Origin: Hormiphora californensis
Taxonomy: Eukaryota > Animalia > Ctenophora
Length of the DNA stretch: 64,000 nt
Direction of reading: 5' to 3'
NCBI GenBank assembly: GCA_020137815.1
Contig: CM035360.1
Span: forward strand, 2,046,001-2,110,000
This document shows, in pieces, positions 33,860 to 55,198 of this stretch. The notes under the pieces are model-generated. The model was given only the letters and a program-made list of their open reading frames with translations, did no database searches and had not been told where the DNA came from. The first letter of the stretch is position 1. Each line of letters opens with the position of its first letter. Both the position numbers and the translations under genes were made by a program.

Positions 33860-36800
33860 TACCATTTGCTGTGGTTAATAAAGAAGTTCCTGACGACCTC
33901 GCTGAAGAAAAGTGCAAAGCAAAACACAACAAAATCAATGATGCAAAGCTGGTAGAGTTGGGCACCAATGTAGTTCTCCCAACAGTTGTATTTGTACTTG
34001 TCCAGATCCTGCCAGGGCTCACCTGGAGATATATACAGTGGTTGTCATGTTAACCACCCCTTAGTTGCCATATAGTTGTCATGGTAACCATCCCTTAGTT
34101 ACCAAGGGATTGTCATGGTAACCATCCCTTAGTTACCAAGGGATTGTCAGGGTAACCACTCTTTAGTTACCAAGGGGTTACCATGGTAACCTCCCCTTAG
34201 TTACCAAGGGGTTACCATGGTAACCTCCCCTTAGTTACCAAGGGGTTACCATGGTAACCTCCCCTTAGTTACCAAGGGGTTGTCATGGTAACCAGCCCTT
34301 AGTTACCAAGGGGTTGTCAGGGTAAATGGTAACTAACCCATTCCTCCTGACGGTTTTGTCTCCTGATACAGTAGATAGAGGAAGATGCACACAGAACACA
34401 GTTTCATTGCAAAGGAACGGAACATGGTCACAGTTACTCGTGTACTCTGAAACTGATAGTACTCCAACTTTCCCAGTGCCTGCAAAGAGTGGTGTTGTCA
34501 TGGTAACGAGGTGTTGTCATGGTAACGAGGTGTTGTCATGGTAACGAGGTGTTGTTATGGTAACGAGGTGTTGTTATGGTAACGAGGTGTTGTTATGGTA
34601 ACGAGGTGTTGTTATGGTAACGAGGTGTTGTCATGGTAACGAGGTGTTGTCATGGTAACGAGGTGTTGTCATGGTAACGAGGTGTTGTCATGGTAACGAG
34701 GTGTTGTCATGGTAACGAGGTGTTGTCATGGTAACGAGGTGTTGTCATGGTAACGAGGTGTTGTCATGGTAACGAGGTGTTGTCATAGTAACGAGGTGTT
34801 GTCATGGTAACTGGGTGATGCCATGGTAACGAGGTGTTGTCATGGTAACGAGGTGTTGTCATGGTAACAAGGTGTTGTTATGGTAACGAGGTGTTGTCAT
34901 GGTAACGAGGTGTTGTCATGGTGACGAGGTGTTGTCATGGTAACGACTAACGAGGTGTTGTCATGGTAACGAGGTATTGTCATGGTAACGAGGTGTTGTC
35001 ATGGTAACGAGGTGTTGTCATGGTGACGAGGTGTTGTCATGGTAACGACTAACGAGGTGTTGTCATGGTAACGAGGTATTGTCATGGTAACGAGGTGTTG
35101 TCATGGTAACGAGGTGTTGTCATGGTAAGCAGTTGTTGTCATGATAACGACGTGTTGTCATGTTAACGGGGTGTTGTCATGGTAACGAGGTGTTGTCATG
35201 GTAACGAGGTGTTGTCATGGTAACGAGGTGTTGTCATGGTAAGTAGTTGTTGTCATGGTAACGAGGTGTTGTCATGGTAACGAGGTGTTGTCATGGTAAG
35301 CAGTTGTTGTCATGATAACGACGTGTTGTCATGTTAACGGGGTGTTGTCATGGTAACGAGGTGTTGTCATGGTAACGAGGTGTTGTCATGGTAAGTAGTT
35401 GTTGTCATGGTAACGAGGTGTTGTCATGGTAACGAGGTGCTGTCATGGTAGCTGTTGCCAACCACACACCTCAAAAAAGATGGGAAAAATAACATTGGAA
35501 AGGGATAAAATGACCGAAGCAGAGTAGGTCGACCAAAATGAGCTCAAATTCCGTTCCAAATCCTCTATAGCTTGCTCGACATTGTCGACACTAACTCCAG
35601 TCAAATTTACAATCTTCTCGCCGCAATCATCTGTATTCTCATTCGCCTCCTCAGAGGTCACCTAGGTAGGAAGGGGATGGGAGTTAATGATTTCAATTAG
35701 TACAGAGAATGATTCCAAATAGTTCATTAAATATGGGGAAGGAGATGGCTCTGTTTGATCTGATTTTGCTGAACAAAAAGCCCAAAATGGGACTAAGTAT
35801 ATATAAGGCCAGCTGGGAGTTGATGTGTTACCTGCAAGATCTCCAGAGCTAAAGCATACACCACAGCAGCCATCGCTCCAACAGCAATAGTATTAGTGAT
35901 ACCCCTCACACAGAACACCCCAATCGTCTTCTTAACGCTCCATTTCGCATCCTTCTGGTCATCATTATGCAGCTCCTCCTTCAACGATTTGATCAGGGTG
36001 GCCCGTTTTAGTTGGGCTGTTTTCATGTTGTTGATGTTGAAATCCCACCCCGTTAGAACTAGCTCGGAGTAGCTGGAGTTGTAATCGATCGTCTCAACGG
36101 CCCTCTTCTTGAACAACCTTGCAATGTTACTTGCTATGTACATGACCGAGACGAGGAAGTACGTCAGGCCGACTAGGAAGTACGCGAGGGGGAAGTTATA
36201 GATGGTCTTCTCCGTCATGGTCACATTTCCTGTCACCTCATCCCTTTCTGTTACAGTCCGAGTGATATTCTCATTGGGATACCAACCCATGAACATTGCA
36301 GTCTCCTCCATCCAGCCCTGGCCGGTAAAGAATTGAAGGATGGGGTTCCCAATGTCAGCAAAGGTCTGGGAGGTAGCACTACCATTGATAATATCTGGAC
36401 TTGTGCACTCACTTTCCTTGTTGTACAGGGTGTCATATGTCTCGTTCCCCTGGTGCATGAATATCCCTGGTGTGACAACCAGACCGAGAGAGAGTATCAT
36501 TGTGAGAAGATTGATTTTCAGCAACCATCGAAGGACCCTAAAATAAGTAGAGACCCCCGATCCGAGATTCCCCTCCACCTCCTTTATAGGACCACCCCAC
36601 ACCTGAGCATCCCTCAAGCCCTCTTGAAGCTTCCTAAATGCCCTCTGAATATTGGTAGTAAACTCATAACCCAGCCGGGTACAGAACCCGAGTTGTTTCC
36701 GTTCTGTAGCCCCCACCTTCTCTGCACGTCTCATGGTTCTCCTCTCAGGTAGGGAGACCAGCCTCATACCAGCCGGCTCACTTGCACTCCTGTTAATAGC

Positions 36801-37265
36801 CATAACGGAGATTCTCCTTCCCGTACTACCCAGTGTCCGGACTACCCGGGAAACCTTCCTTGCAGTGGGTGCAAACCCAGCCTCAGCATCTTCAACAAAA
36901 ACCTGGCCGTCTAGATCACCACCCTCGTCACCATCCTCCGAACCTATAACGAGACCACTTGGAAGGACGACAGCCCGGGATTTGGGCCTCGGCGGCGGGA
37001 ACTGGTCCTCCTCTTCCTCTTGAAAGTATTCCTGCTGCTCGGGGGCAGGTCCAACCTTGTTGATTCTCCGTGGAATCCCTTCAGTAGAGGGTGCCCGTTT
37101 ACTAGAGTTGTACCGTTGCGCCTCATCATAGTTACCAAAACCACTGTTTTTGGGTTTCCTTTTCCCGCTGCTAGTACCCTCCCTTCTGGGGACTCCTGGA
37201 GGGGCAGTGGGAGGTGGTTGCTGTTCCTCACCATCAGAGTCAATGAGACCCTTGATAAAATCCAT
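31957..37265 (-). CDS. Transmembrane channel-like (TMC) protein, ~9 coding exons
   Basis: WGGPIKEVEGNLGSGVSTYFRVLRWL, FFTGQGWMEETAMFMGWY, VLTGWDF, the TMC signature CWENYIGAQLYQL (~33945-33985), FNIPKEILDL...FFAPL and PSAECGPFRG. Stop after ...ALHRYA. Confidence 0.9.
34041..34330. repeat. ~33-bp intronic minisatellite containing GTTACCATGGTAAC / GTTGTCATGGTAAC
   Basis: About nine copies visible. Confidence 0.9.
34494..35450. repeat. 19-bp intronic minisatellite GAGGTGTTGTCATGGTAAC, ~50 copies
   Basis: Fills almost the whole TMC intron 34480-35469. Confidence 0.95.
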
Positions 37266-37327
37266 GGTAGTGATTGAGTGTGATCAGTGCAGTGTGAGGG
37301 ACAGATCAGGTGCAACTCTGACTGTTG

Positions 37328-37511
37328 GTTGCTACGGAAACAGGTGCAACTCCGAGTTTGGTTGATACGGAAACAGGTGATACCAAAGCTGTGAAGGCTG
37401 AACTAAGTGTTTAATAACGGATGGGTGAGCCAAGCAATGCTTTTACAACCAGTAACTGGTACTGACGACTGAGAATAACTTGTAAGCAATCTTACCAGTG
37501 CGAGTGGCCAT

Positions 37512-37609
<98 letters not shown>

Positions 37610-37669
37610 TCACACTCTCTCTATTGATGCTTGCCAATCACACCTTGTACCACCTGTTTCCACGGTAAC
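37328..37669. promoter_or_regulatory. Candidate RFX X-boxes upstream of the TMC ATG
   Basis: GTTTCCACGGTAAC (37656-37669), GTTGCTACGGAAAC (37328-37341) and GTTGATACGGAAAC (37361-37374) resemble the X-box consensus. Confidence 0.5.
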
Positions 37670-37810
37670 AAAGAGACTGATTTCAAAATTGAAAAAGCTG
37701 CTAAAACCACAATAAAACTTAACACTCCAGGGGAGCAACGGACAACCCCCCAACGCGAAAAAGACCCGCTCCTAGTATTAGAGTGTCCGATATAAGTGTC
37801 GCCTCTCTCT

Positions 37811-47146
<9,336 letters not shown>

Positions 47147-47259
47147 CTAAACCCCAAGAGACAATTCAAAACACGCTGTTTCATATCAGAAATAAATAGA
47201 TCATAAATAAGATAAATAGTCTCAAAACAGACTCAAATAATCACACTGTATCACATTGT

Positions 47260-48162
47260 TCACTGTCCAAATAGCACACTGTCAGCGAGCTGTTCCAAGG
47301 CTGAGATAGAAGGTAGGGCGGCATGATTATAGGCTGCTGTAGGATAGGTCGGGATGTGATAGGCAGGTAGATAGGAAGCCTCAGGGGGGCTGGTGTGAGC
47401 TGGAGGGGAGGAGGAAGCCGCAGAGGAAGTATCAGTAGAGGAGGTTGTATCAGCGGATGATTTCTTGCTCCTGTTCCTCCTGTTTTTGAACCAGTGGCTG
47501 ACGGATTTGTAGGATGATCCAGTCTCCCGTGCGATGGTTCTCCTCTCATCAGCAGTTGGAAAGGGGTTCTTCTCGTAGTATCCCAGTAGATATTCCTGAC
47601 TGCTAACTCGGAGATTATAGGATGTTGCCTCTCCGTCCCAGATAGATCGAGGTAGGGGGTGTCGCTTCCTCAGTCGGTATCTCTGCATGGAGGATAGTTT
47701 GGTGGAGGATGTCTTCACCATGTGGTTGTTGTACACACTCTCCCACCACAGGTCTCGTAGTTCAGCCTGGCAGTCCCGAGGGAAGGTGTTGCAGGTGACC
47801 AACTGTTGGAACTCGTGGAAGGATTGTCGAGAGAGGAGGGTCCGAGCGAATGCAAGTAGAGGGCTGCCAGTTGGAGGAGGTGTAGAGGGTGGAGATGGGA
47901 ACTGGAATGCCGGTAGGTTAGCAGGTACTGGAGGAGTGTGCACAGCAGATGGTGGAGTGTGGATTGCAGGGGTAACAGGAGTAGGTCTGGTAACTTGGTG
48001 GTGGGGAGATGGTAGAGGAGGGAGGAGGGGTGATGGAAGAGGTGTAGTAGGGCTGTAACAGTGGGGTGTGAAAGGAGGTAGTACAATGTGGGGATAGGGT
48101 CCACTGTAGGAGGAAGCGTGGATCAGATGCTCAGCAGGCAGGTAGAATGGTTGTAGATACAT
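47260..48162 (-). CDS. SIX/sine oculis-class homeobox protein, single exon, divergent
   Basis: Partial SIX domain (...LRDLWWESVY...QRYRLRKRHPLPRSIWDGE) followed by a K50 homeodomain (NPFPTADERRTIARETG...VSHWFKNRR). First ATG at 48162; the frame is open to 48216. Confidence 0.85.
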   Translation of the reverse strand: MYLQPFYLPAEHLIHASSYSGPYPHIVLPPFTPHCYSPTTPLPSPLLPPLPSPHHQVTRPTPVTPAIHTPPSAVHTPPVPANLPAFQFPSPPSTPPPTGSPLLAFARTLLSRQSFHEFQQLVTCNTFPRDCQAELRDLWWESVYNNHMVKTSSTKLSSMQRYRLRKRHPLPRSIWDGEATSYNLRVSSQEYLLGYYEKNPFPTADERRTIARETGSSYKSVSHWFKNRRNRSKKSSADTTSSTDTSSAASSSPPAHTSPPEASYLPAYHIPTYPTAAYNHAALPSISALEQLADSVLFGQ

Positions 48163-48219
48163 GTTCGTAGTAGTGACGATGTTGGTTGGGGATACCTCAT
48201 CTGACGAAACGATCACCTT

Positions 48220-50650
48220 TTATACCCTCCTGCTCCATCTCTTCAACCAATGTATGACTAACAGAGTCTACCCATGGAAAGAATCAGTTGTTACTCCGCT
48301 CCACAAAAAGGGATGCTCCTATGACCCTAACAACTATCGGGCTATCGCTGTTTCCAGTAACGTAGGAAAACTTTTTTCTTCCATCTTACTTAATCGGCTG
48401 GTGCAATTCCGCTCGATGGAAATCCCTGACCCCCCTAATCAACTGGGTTTTACTAAAGGCGCCGAGACAGCCGACCATGTGTTGACACTCAGAACAACCA
48501 TTGAGAAGTACGTAACCTCCAAAAAGGGAAGAGGGGCCCGACTCTATTCGGCGTTTATAGACTATTCAAAAGCGTTCGACACCGTCTGTCGGGAAGCCTT
48601 GCTCTATAAACTTTGGAAATACGGGGTCCGTGGCAACTTCTACGGAGTCATGGAGGACATGTATTTTAGCTCTGCCGCCAAGATCAAACTGCTGGGGAAA
48701 CTATCTGAACGAATCGAGATCCTAGTGGGAACAGAGCAAGGGCACCCTATGAGCCCTGAGCTTTTCAAGGTATACTTATATGAGCTCACAGCGGAACTGG
48801 ACCAGACAGATGCTACACTACCGGAGCTGGCCGGTAGACCTCTGTCCCACCTCCTATGGGCAGACGATTTGGTCTCTGGACTGTTCTACTGGCGCTTGAC
48901 CACCGATCACTCCAAAACCTCCTGTCTACTCTTGGAGTCCTTCTGCACAACATGGGGACTTACTGTAAACTTAAAGAAAACTGCTGTAATGGTGTTACAA
49001 AGCATCGGTTATTCTTAAAGACAGTCACACCTTCACATACAACGGTAATAAGGTTCCATCTGCCAAGTCTACTGCTATTTGGTGTGGATCTTCAGTCTCA
49101 ACGGATCATTCAAGGCAACCTCATGGCACTTAGGCAGAAAGCTTTCGGTCCATCATGAGCCTGAAACGTGCCATCAACCTCTCAGTCCTCCCCCCTGATC
49201 TTATTCTCAAGTTGTTTGACCATCTGACCTACCTATAGCATCCTACTGTAACCAGGTATGGCTACCGATAACCACCTGGTCAAAACTCAATAAGTCAACC
49301 TGCCCCGATCTAAGGCCTTAGCCTCAGACCCACTTGAAAAACTCCACCTAACATTTCTCAAACTCGCCCTTGGAGTATCGAGAAAATCCCCTAATGTTGT
49401 CATGTGGGGTGACACAGGCCGGACCCCCCTTGCTTATTCGCTGAAGCCTGGAGTCCTGAGGTATTTCAACCGGGCAGCAGAGATGTCACAAACTTCCCCA
49501 TGGATCACATCATAGATGTCAGTACCCCACATTTTGGTATACACGTTCCGAGAACAAACCCAGTCAGAACTGGTTTGGTATTCCAGTATTATCAACTTTG
49601 TCCGGAAACACACCACTGAAAGCTTCTTGAATAGCTGGGAGGAATCCAGAGAGTCTAACAGAAGCTACCCTTCTACAATAGCGTTAAAGTCAAGTTCGAA
49701 CCCGAACCATACTTGTCTTTGGAGCAATCTAGCCAAGAGAGTGGCTCAGATTAGGTCGGCTTCTCATGGCCTCAACATCGGCGGGGACGTTTTGAAAAGT
49801 ATCGAAAGGGTGGATTCTCACTGGAAAAAGAGAGACTGTGCCCGTACTGCAACACATCCACATCGCCTCTCTTGACTCCTAAGTGAACTGCCCCACTATG
49901 ACCGAATCACCGAAGACGAACCCCACTTCCTCCTGAAATGCCCCTTTATGAGGACCTAAGCCCGTATATCAAAAAGTACCTCCCCTCGGCTGGTAGTGGT
50001 CAGACTCAGACACCTTTTCAAACCGTCGGCCGATACACATCGACCCAGTCCGCCAGACCGCAATCTACATCGAAAAGCTTTCTCTAGAAGACAGGATTTC
50101 ATCAGAGACACGCGTCCATCCACCAATTCCCACTGAAACGTTGATTACTCTCAACACATCGTTAGGATATGGATTCCATTACGCAATCCTATCCATTTTC
50201 TATTTACTCCTTTGAATCGTTGAGCATTCTCAACCAACCGCTAGGATATGGATCCCAATCACATAACACCATCCACTCACGCCGATCAGCGTGAGCTTAC
50301 TCAACCCCACTGATTCTTTGATACCCCCCTGTACGCTGTATTCTCAACATCCCGTTAGGATATGGATTCCATTACGGCAATCCTATCCAATTTCTATATA
50401 TCCTTTGAAGCGTTGAGCATTCTCAACCAACCGTTAGATATGGATCCCAATCACATTAAAGACCATCCACCTTCGTTGAGTTCTGAGCAGCGTGAGCTTA
50501 TCGGCCCCACGAGTCTTCATGACTCCCTGAAACGTTGAGTACCCTCAACAGCCCGCTAGGATATGGATTCCATCTCGACGGCAATCCATCCAACTTTGTT
50601 ACCCACCAAATACTAGTGAGCATACTCAACCCCACCACCAGTTCCCAGAA
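48220..50650 (+). mobile_element. 5'-truncated, frameshifted non-LTR retrotransposon (RT; RTEX-like) with a repetitive 3' region
   Basis: NYRAIAV, QLGF, AFIDYSKAFDTV, GTEQGHPMSPELF, LLWADDLV; downstream WGDTGR.PL and EDEPHFLLKCP lie in shifted frames. Confidence 0.85.
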
Positions 50651-50977
50651 AGTCCAGGGTTGCTGGCACCTTCACGAACTCTCCCTTTCTCATACGTGTT
50701 TTTTATATTTGTGAGTTTTTGCTTGCCTGCTGCAGTTTTTTCCCGTCCCCCTGAGTTTTATTTTCTACGAATTTATTCTTTTTTTACTACTACACACGTT
50801 TTATTTTTTTATATCGCTCCCCCCTTTTTTCCCCTGTAATCTTTAACCCTGCCCCTGTTGACCACTTTACGCTTTTTAGCCCTTTTATTGTGTCTTTTTA
50901 ATTTTTTATTTATTCCCTTCATGTACGTTTTCCTTTTATAACCCGAGCGTCATGTTTTTTGCCTAATGATTGTTGGG

Positions 50978-51077
50978 NNNNNNNNNNNNNNNNNNNNNNN
51001 NNNNNNNNNNNNNNNNNNNNNNNNNNNNNNNNNNNNNNNNNNNNNNNNNNNNNNNNNNNNNNNNNNNNNNNNNNNNN
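50978..51077. other. Assembly gap (100 N placeholder)
   Basis: Run of N, with low-complexity sequence on both flanks. Confidence 0.99.
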
Positions 51078-51159
51078 TGTTTATTTTTTGGGAATGGGAA
51101 AAAGGGAAAGGGCCAGTTTCACTGCCTGCTTTTACAATTTCCACTTTCCAGCCATGTCC

Positions 51160-51332
51160 ACCCTCTCTCCCTAATCCCCCACTCTCTCTCTTGCTAAACC
51201 CCCACCCTCTCACCCTAAACCCCCACCCTCTCACCCTAAACCCCCACCCTCTCACCCTAAACCCCCACCCTCTCTCCCTAATTCCCCACTCTCTCTCCCT
51301 AAACCCCCACCCTCTCTCCTTAATTCCCCCTC
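51160..51332. repeat. ~21-bp C-rich minisatellite (CCCTAAACCCCCACCCTCTCA)
   Basis: About eight copies next to the gap. Confidence 0.85.
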
Positions 51333-52643
51333 ACTTCGCGGTGTGTCGGTTTGATGTGCATTTATTGTTTTCTCTCTTCGTTTGATGTGCAGAAGCAGCC
51401 TTGTTTACTTTTGGGAGATGAGAGAAAGGAAGAGCAGTTTCACTGCCTGCTTTTACAATTTCCAGCCATGTTTTCTCACACGTCACACATATATCGAGAA
51501 GATCTCAATTCATAATATCTTTGGATTAATATTACATCTCGAAAGTACTGTCTTAATCAGTCTTATTCGCTTCCTACCCTCTTGTTCTCTAACTTTTCTC
51601 TCATTTTATGCTAGCATTGCTTTTCTCTATAAGAATTCAAGATTGCTTTTCTGTCCATCTTTTTCTTCAAAGACTTACTGCTGCAGTACTCTCGCACAGC
51701 AAAAAAAACTGCAGGTCACAAATATAGTGAGTGAAAGAGAGAAGGAGGAGAAAAGAGAGCGAGAGGTGGAAAAATATAGATAAAAAGAGGGAAAGACAAA
51801 GAAAGATAAAGAGAGAATTGAGAAGTGATGGAGAACGCCCTCCGAAAGCGTCACGTTCGGATGTAGAAAGAGAGACTGAAATTCTCATACACAGAGAGAA
51901 AGCAGCACGGTCAGATGGACAGACGCACAAATGATGGATACTTGCAGACATTGTCCGTTTACACTGCGTTACGCATAAATATTACAACATGTCCCGTCTT
52001 TCTCTCTTTCCCTGTCCCTTCTCTATCCCTCTACCTCTCCTTTGACCTTTCCCTCTGTCTCTGCCCGGCCCTTCTTTCTCTATCTTTCGCTATTCCTCTC
52101 TGTGCAAGATTTGTGTATCTCACACCGCAGCAGCAGAGCAAGGCAAGACTTGTACAGTAGCTCACACTGCATTTATTTCATAAATGCTCTTGTTTGAGAA
52201 ATTTCAAGATTATGTGACTAATGATATAGCACATGTAGTTGCTGACTACATGTGCTATATCACACCCCGTCAACAAACTCTTTATCTTTCTCTGTCCCTT
52301 CCACTCTGTCCAATCCTTTTTTATCTTCCCCTCCGTTTCTTTTCCTCTCTTTCTCCTCTCTCCATTTTTCTTACTTCTTCCCTGCCTACAGGCATGTATA
52401 TGAATAATATCCCTCAAATACAAGGCCTCACTATTTCATTTCCTAATATGCTCATCTTTTGTCACCCAAGCTAAAATCACTTACAATGATAAATGCCTCG
52501 GCCGCTGATATATGCTACTCATAATACCCTGACCACCTTGATCCAAATTACTACCAACTATCATCTTGTCTTGTAGATTCTAACTAACTAATTATTTTCT
52601 TTACTTTATTTTATTTTGCTAACATTGTGTATAATATTTTCAG

Positions 52644-53170
52644 GTTCTTCTCAGCATCTGCTCACTGCTGACGGATTGTAACCCTGCGGACCCCCTCGTT
52701 GGAAATATCGCACAACAGTTCCTTACCCATAAATCGGAACATGATAGGTAAGAGAGAGCGAGAGAGAGAGAGGGTTAGAGAAATAGGGAGGAAGATAAAA
52801 TACTAATAGACATAGCTGCAAATCTGTGTAGTAGTGGTTGATGGTGAAATCTCATCACTCATCGACTCCGTTTCTCCTTTTATTACTACTTTCCTTTCTA
52901 TGTGCTTTCTATCTTCCTCATATTATATTCTCTTTCTTTCTTTCTCACTAAACTCTCCCTCGCTCCGCTATCTTTCTCTTTCCACTCTTTCGTTTTCTCT
53001 CTCTCACCCTCAATGTCTCTTTCACTCCACTCCCTTCCTCGAGTTGAGTGCTATCACGGGCCACCACTTTTTTTCATTACGTTCACTGTCATAAAATATT
53101 GCTGTGAGTGTTTTATGAGTATAAAAGAGAACACTATCTCTCAACATATTCACACACACATTCTCTCTCT

Positions 53171-53244
<74 letters not shown>

Positions 53245-53345
53245 TCTCCCTCTCTCCCTCTCTCTTTCTCTCTCCCTCCCTCCCTATATTCACACTCTCT
53301 CGTTACAGGCAAGCTCGACTGTGGACAAAGAGATTTGCAAAGTGA
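52644..53345 (+). CDS. UBE2E: Ubiquitin-conjugating enzyme E2 E family, last two exons only
   Basis: Exon 52644-52747 encodes [35 protein letters not shown] and exon 53309-53345 encodes [11 protein letters not shown]. Both have canonical splice sites. Confidence 0.88.
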
Positions 53346-53415
53346 CGAAGCTCCGCTGTGCACGCAGAAGAAAGAACAACAATACCAGCCAAGAAGATCG
53401 CCAGTAACCGGGGAG

Positions 53416-53517
<102 letters not shown>

Positions 53518-53788
53518 GAGACAGAGACAGAGAGAGACAGAGAGAGAGACAGAGAGAGAGACAGAGAGAGACAGAGAGAGACAGAGAGAGAAGTGACAAT
53601 TTAGTGTTTGTGACTGTGCGAGAGTGTGTTTGTGTGTGTGAGTTGAGAAATGGTTCCTGACACTTTGTATTTATTGTGCGCCTCTTTGAAGGCTCATGAA
53701 GTCCTATCTATTTGATTCCAGTCAATTTCGCTGTAGTTACTGATTTGTCATTTGATCAAGTATCTCTCCTTCGCCCTCTGTCTTTCTT

Positions 53789-53877
<89 letters not shown>

Positions 53878-55198
53878 ATCTTCGTTCACCTGTCGATATA
53901 ATCATATCTCGCTATCCATGTGTCTGAGAGAATGGTTTCCTACTACCATAAATTATGAGAGAGAGATGATACTTGATAGTTATTACTGAATCTCTCATTG
54001 TGGGACCTACTTCGACAGAGTTATACTAAGAAAGTGGGAGCTATACCAAGAAAGTAGGAGAGATTGTGGAAGGTCATATCGTAGAAACTGGAGGAGTTGA
54101 GATACAATAAAAAGAAAGAGTCCGGCAAAGAGAAGCGCTAGATTGTCCCTCTTTACTCACTATCTCTCTCGATGAGAAAAACTTGACGTAACGCGCGGGG
54201 TGGTGCGTGGTGAAGGGAGAGTACATATCGTAGCAGTTGCCTTGACCGAACAGAGTCGTTGGAAAGAAGACCAGATATGCCCCATACCTCGTGTTCTAAT
54301 ATAATTGTAATATATACAGTATTACCCACTCATATTATCTTGCTAGTTACCAAGCATCATCTAGGCAGTATTATAATTGAGGGTGTGCCCTATTCAACAC
54401 TATTGTATAGTCTCGTCCTATCTTGCACAATGACCCAAATAATGGAAACCGATAGTGTTTTTTAAGAAATTTAAACGAGATAATTCGTGGATGAAAATTA
54501 CAAAAATATAGTTAATAAATAGTAACATAGACCTTGGTCCTTTAAGTGTTGTGTACAGTACACGTTGCACAAGTGTCACGTGTCTTCTCGTGTACTGATA
54601 CATGAAAAAATGTAGGGGTTGATACTCGGCCTATAATGATATTGAAAACCAGGGAACAATTCGATCTCTCCTCAAATAAATGTCAGATTTCGAACGTGGA
54701 CTTTGAAAACGGAGGTTTTCTGATAAAAAACTTGTTCAACTCTTTTCAAGATTGATCTAAACTTTCAAAGAATAAACTGTGAATAAAAACTGTGGGCGTG
54801 ATATCGGGGTAAATAAATAAACATGCAACGTGAAGTTTCAAAAATTAAGTTAAAAATAAATCTAGGTGGCGTATGATGATGAATGGGTGTGCTTTCTGTC
54901 GGTATGATTCAACAATTTCTGGTTTTCTCCTTCAGACCAAATCCAGCAAACTGCTTGTTCCAAAACAGGGTCGCTCTCTCTCTCTCCAATGAACATACAC
55001 ACACAGCCTGTTCTGTATAACTTAGATAGACAAATAAATACTCCCCACCCCATCTCTGTCTTTCAGGGAATCTCTCAGCTTCTTCCCAATTGAGTCCGTG
55101 ACGCTGCCGCAGTCATCTCAAATACAGCTGTAACAAAGAACCAACATCTCTCTGCCTCTCTCAGAGGGTAAATCTCAGAGCGTATCTGAGAGTATACC

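Noticed and set aside
34494-35450. CRISPR-like appearance of short repeats (also 50130-50640)
   Set aside because: No unique spacers of constant length, no cas genes, and a eukaryotic intron or LINE context.
36251-37365. Short ORFs overlapping TMC exon 1 (similar shadows over the RNase H, EPRS and SIX ORFs)
   Set aside because: Alternate-frame or antisense shadows of real coding sequence.
48161-48220. Apparent N-terminus of the RT ORF overlapping the SIX ORF
   Set aside because: Chance read-through across the LINE truncation junction; RT similarity starts near 48220.
50690-50977. T/C-rich tract before the gap
   Set aside because: Looks like a low-quality contig end.
51160-51332. Possible telomeric repeat (CCCTAA core)
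   Set aside because: The core is embedded in a 21-bp minisatellite and is not a pure (CCCTAA)n tract.
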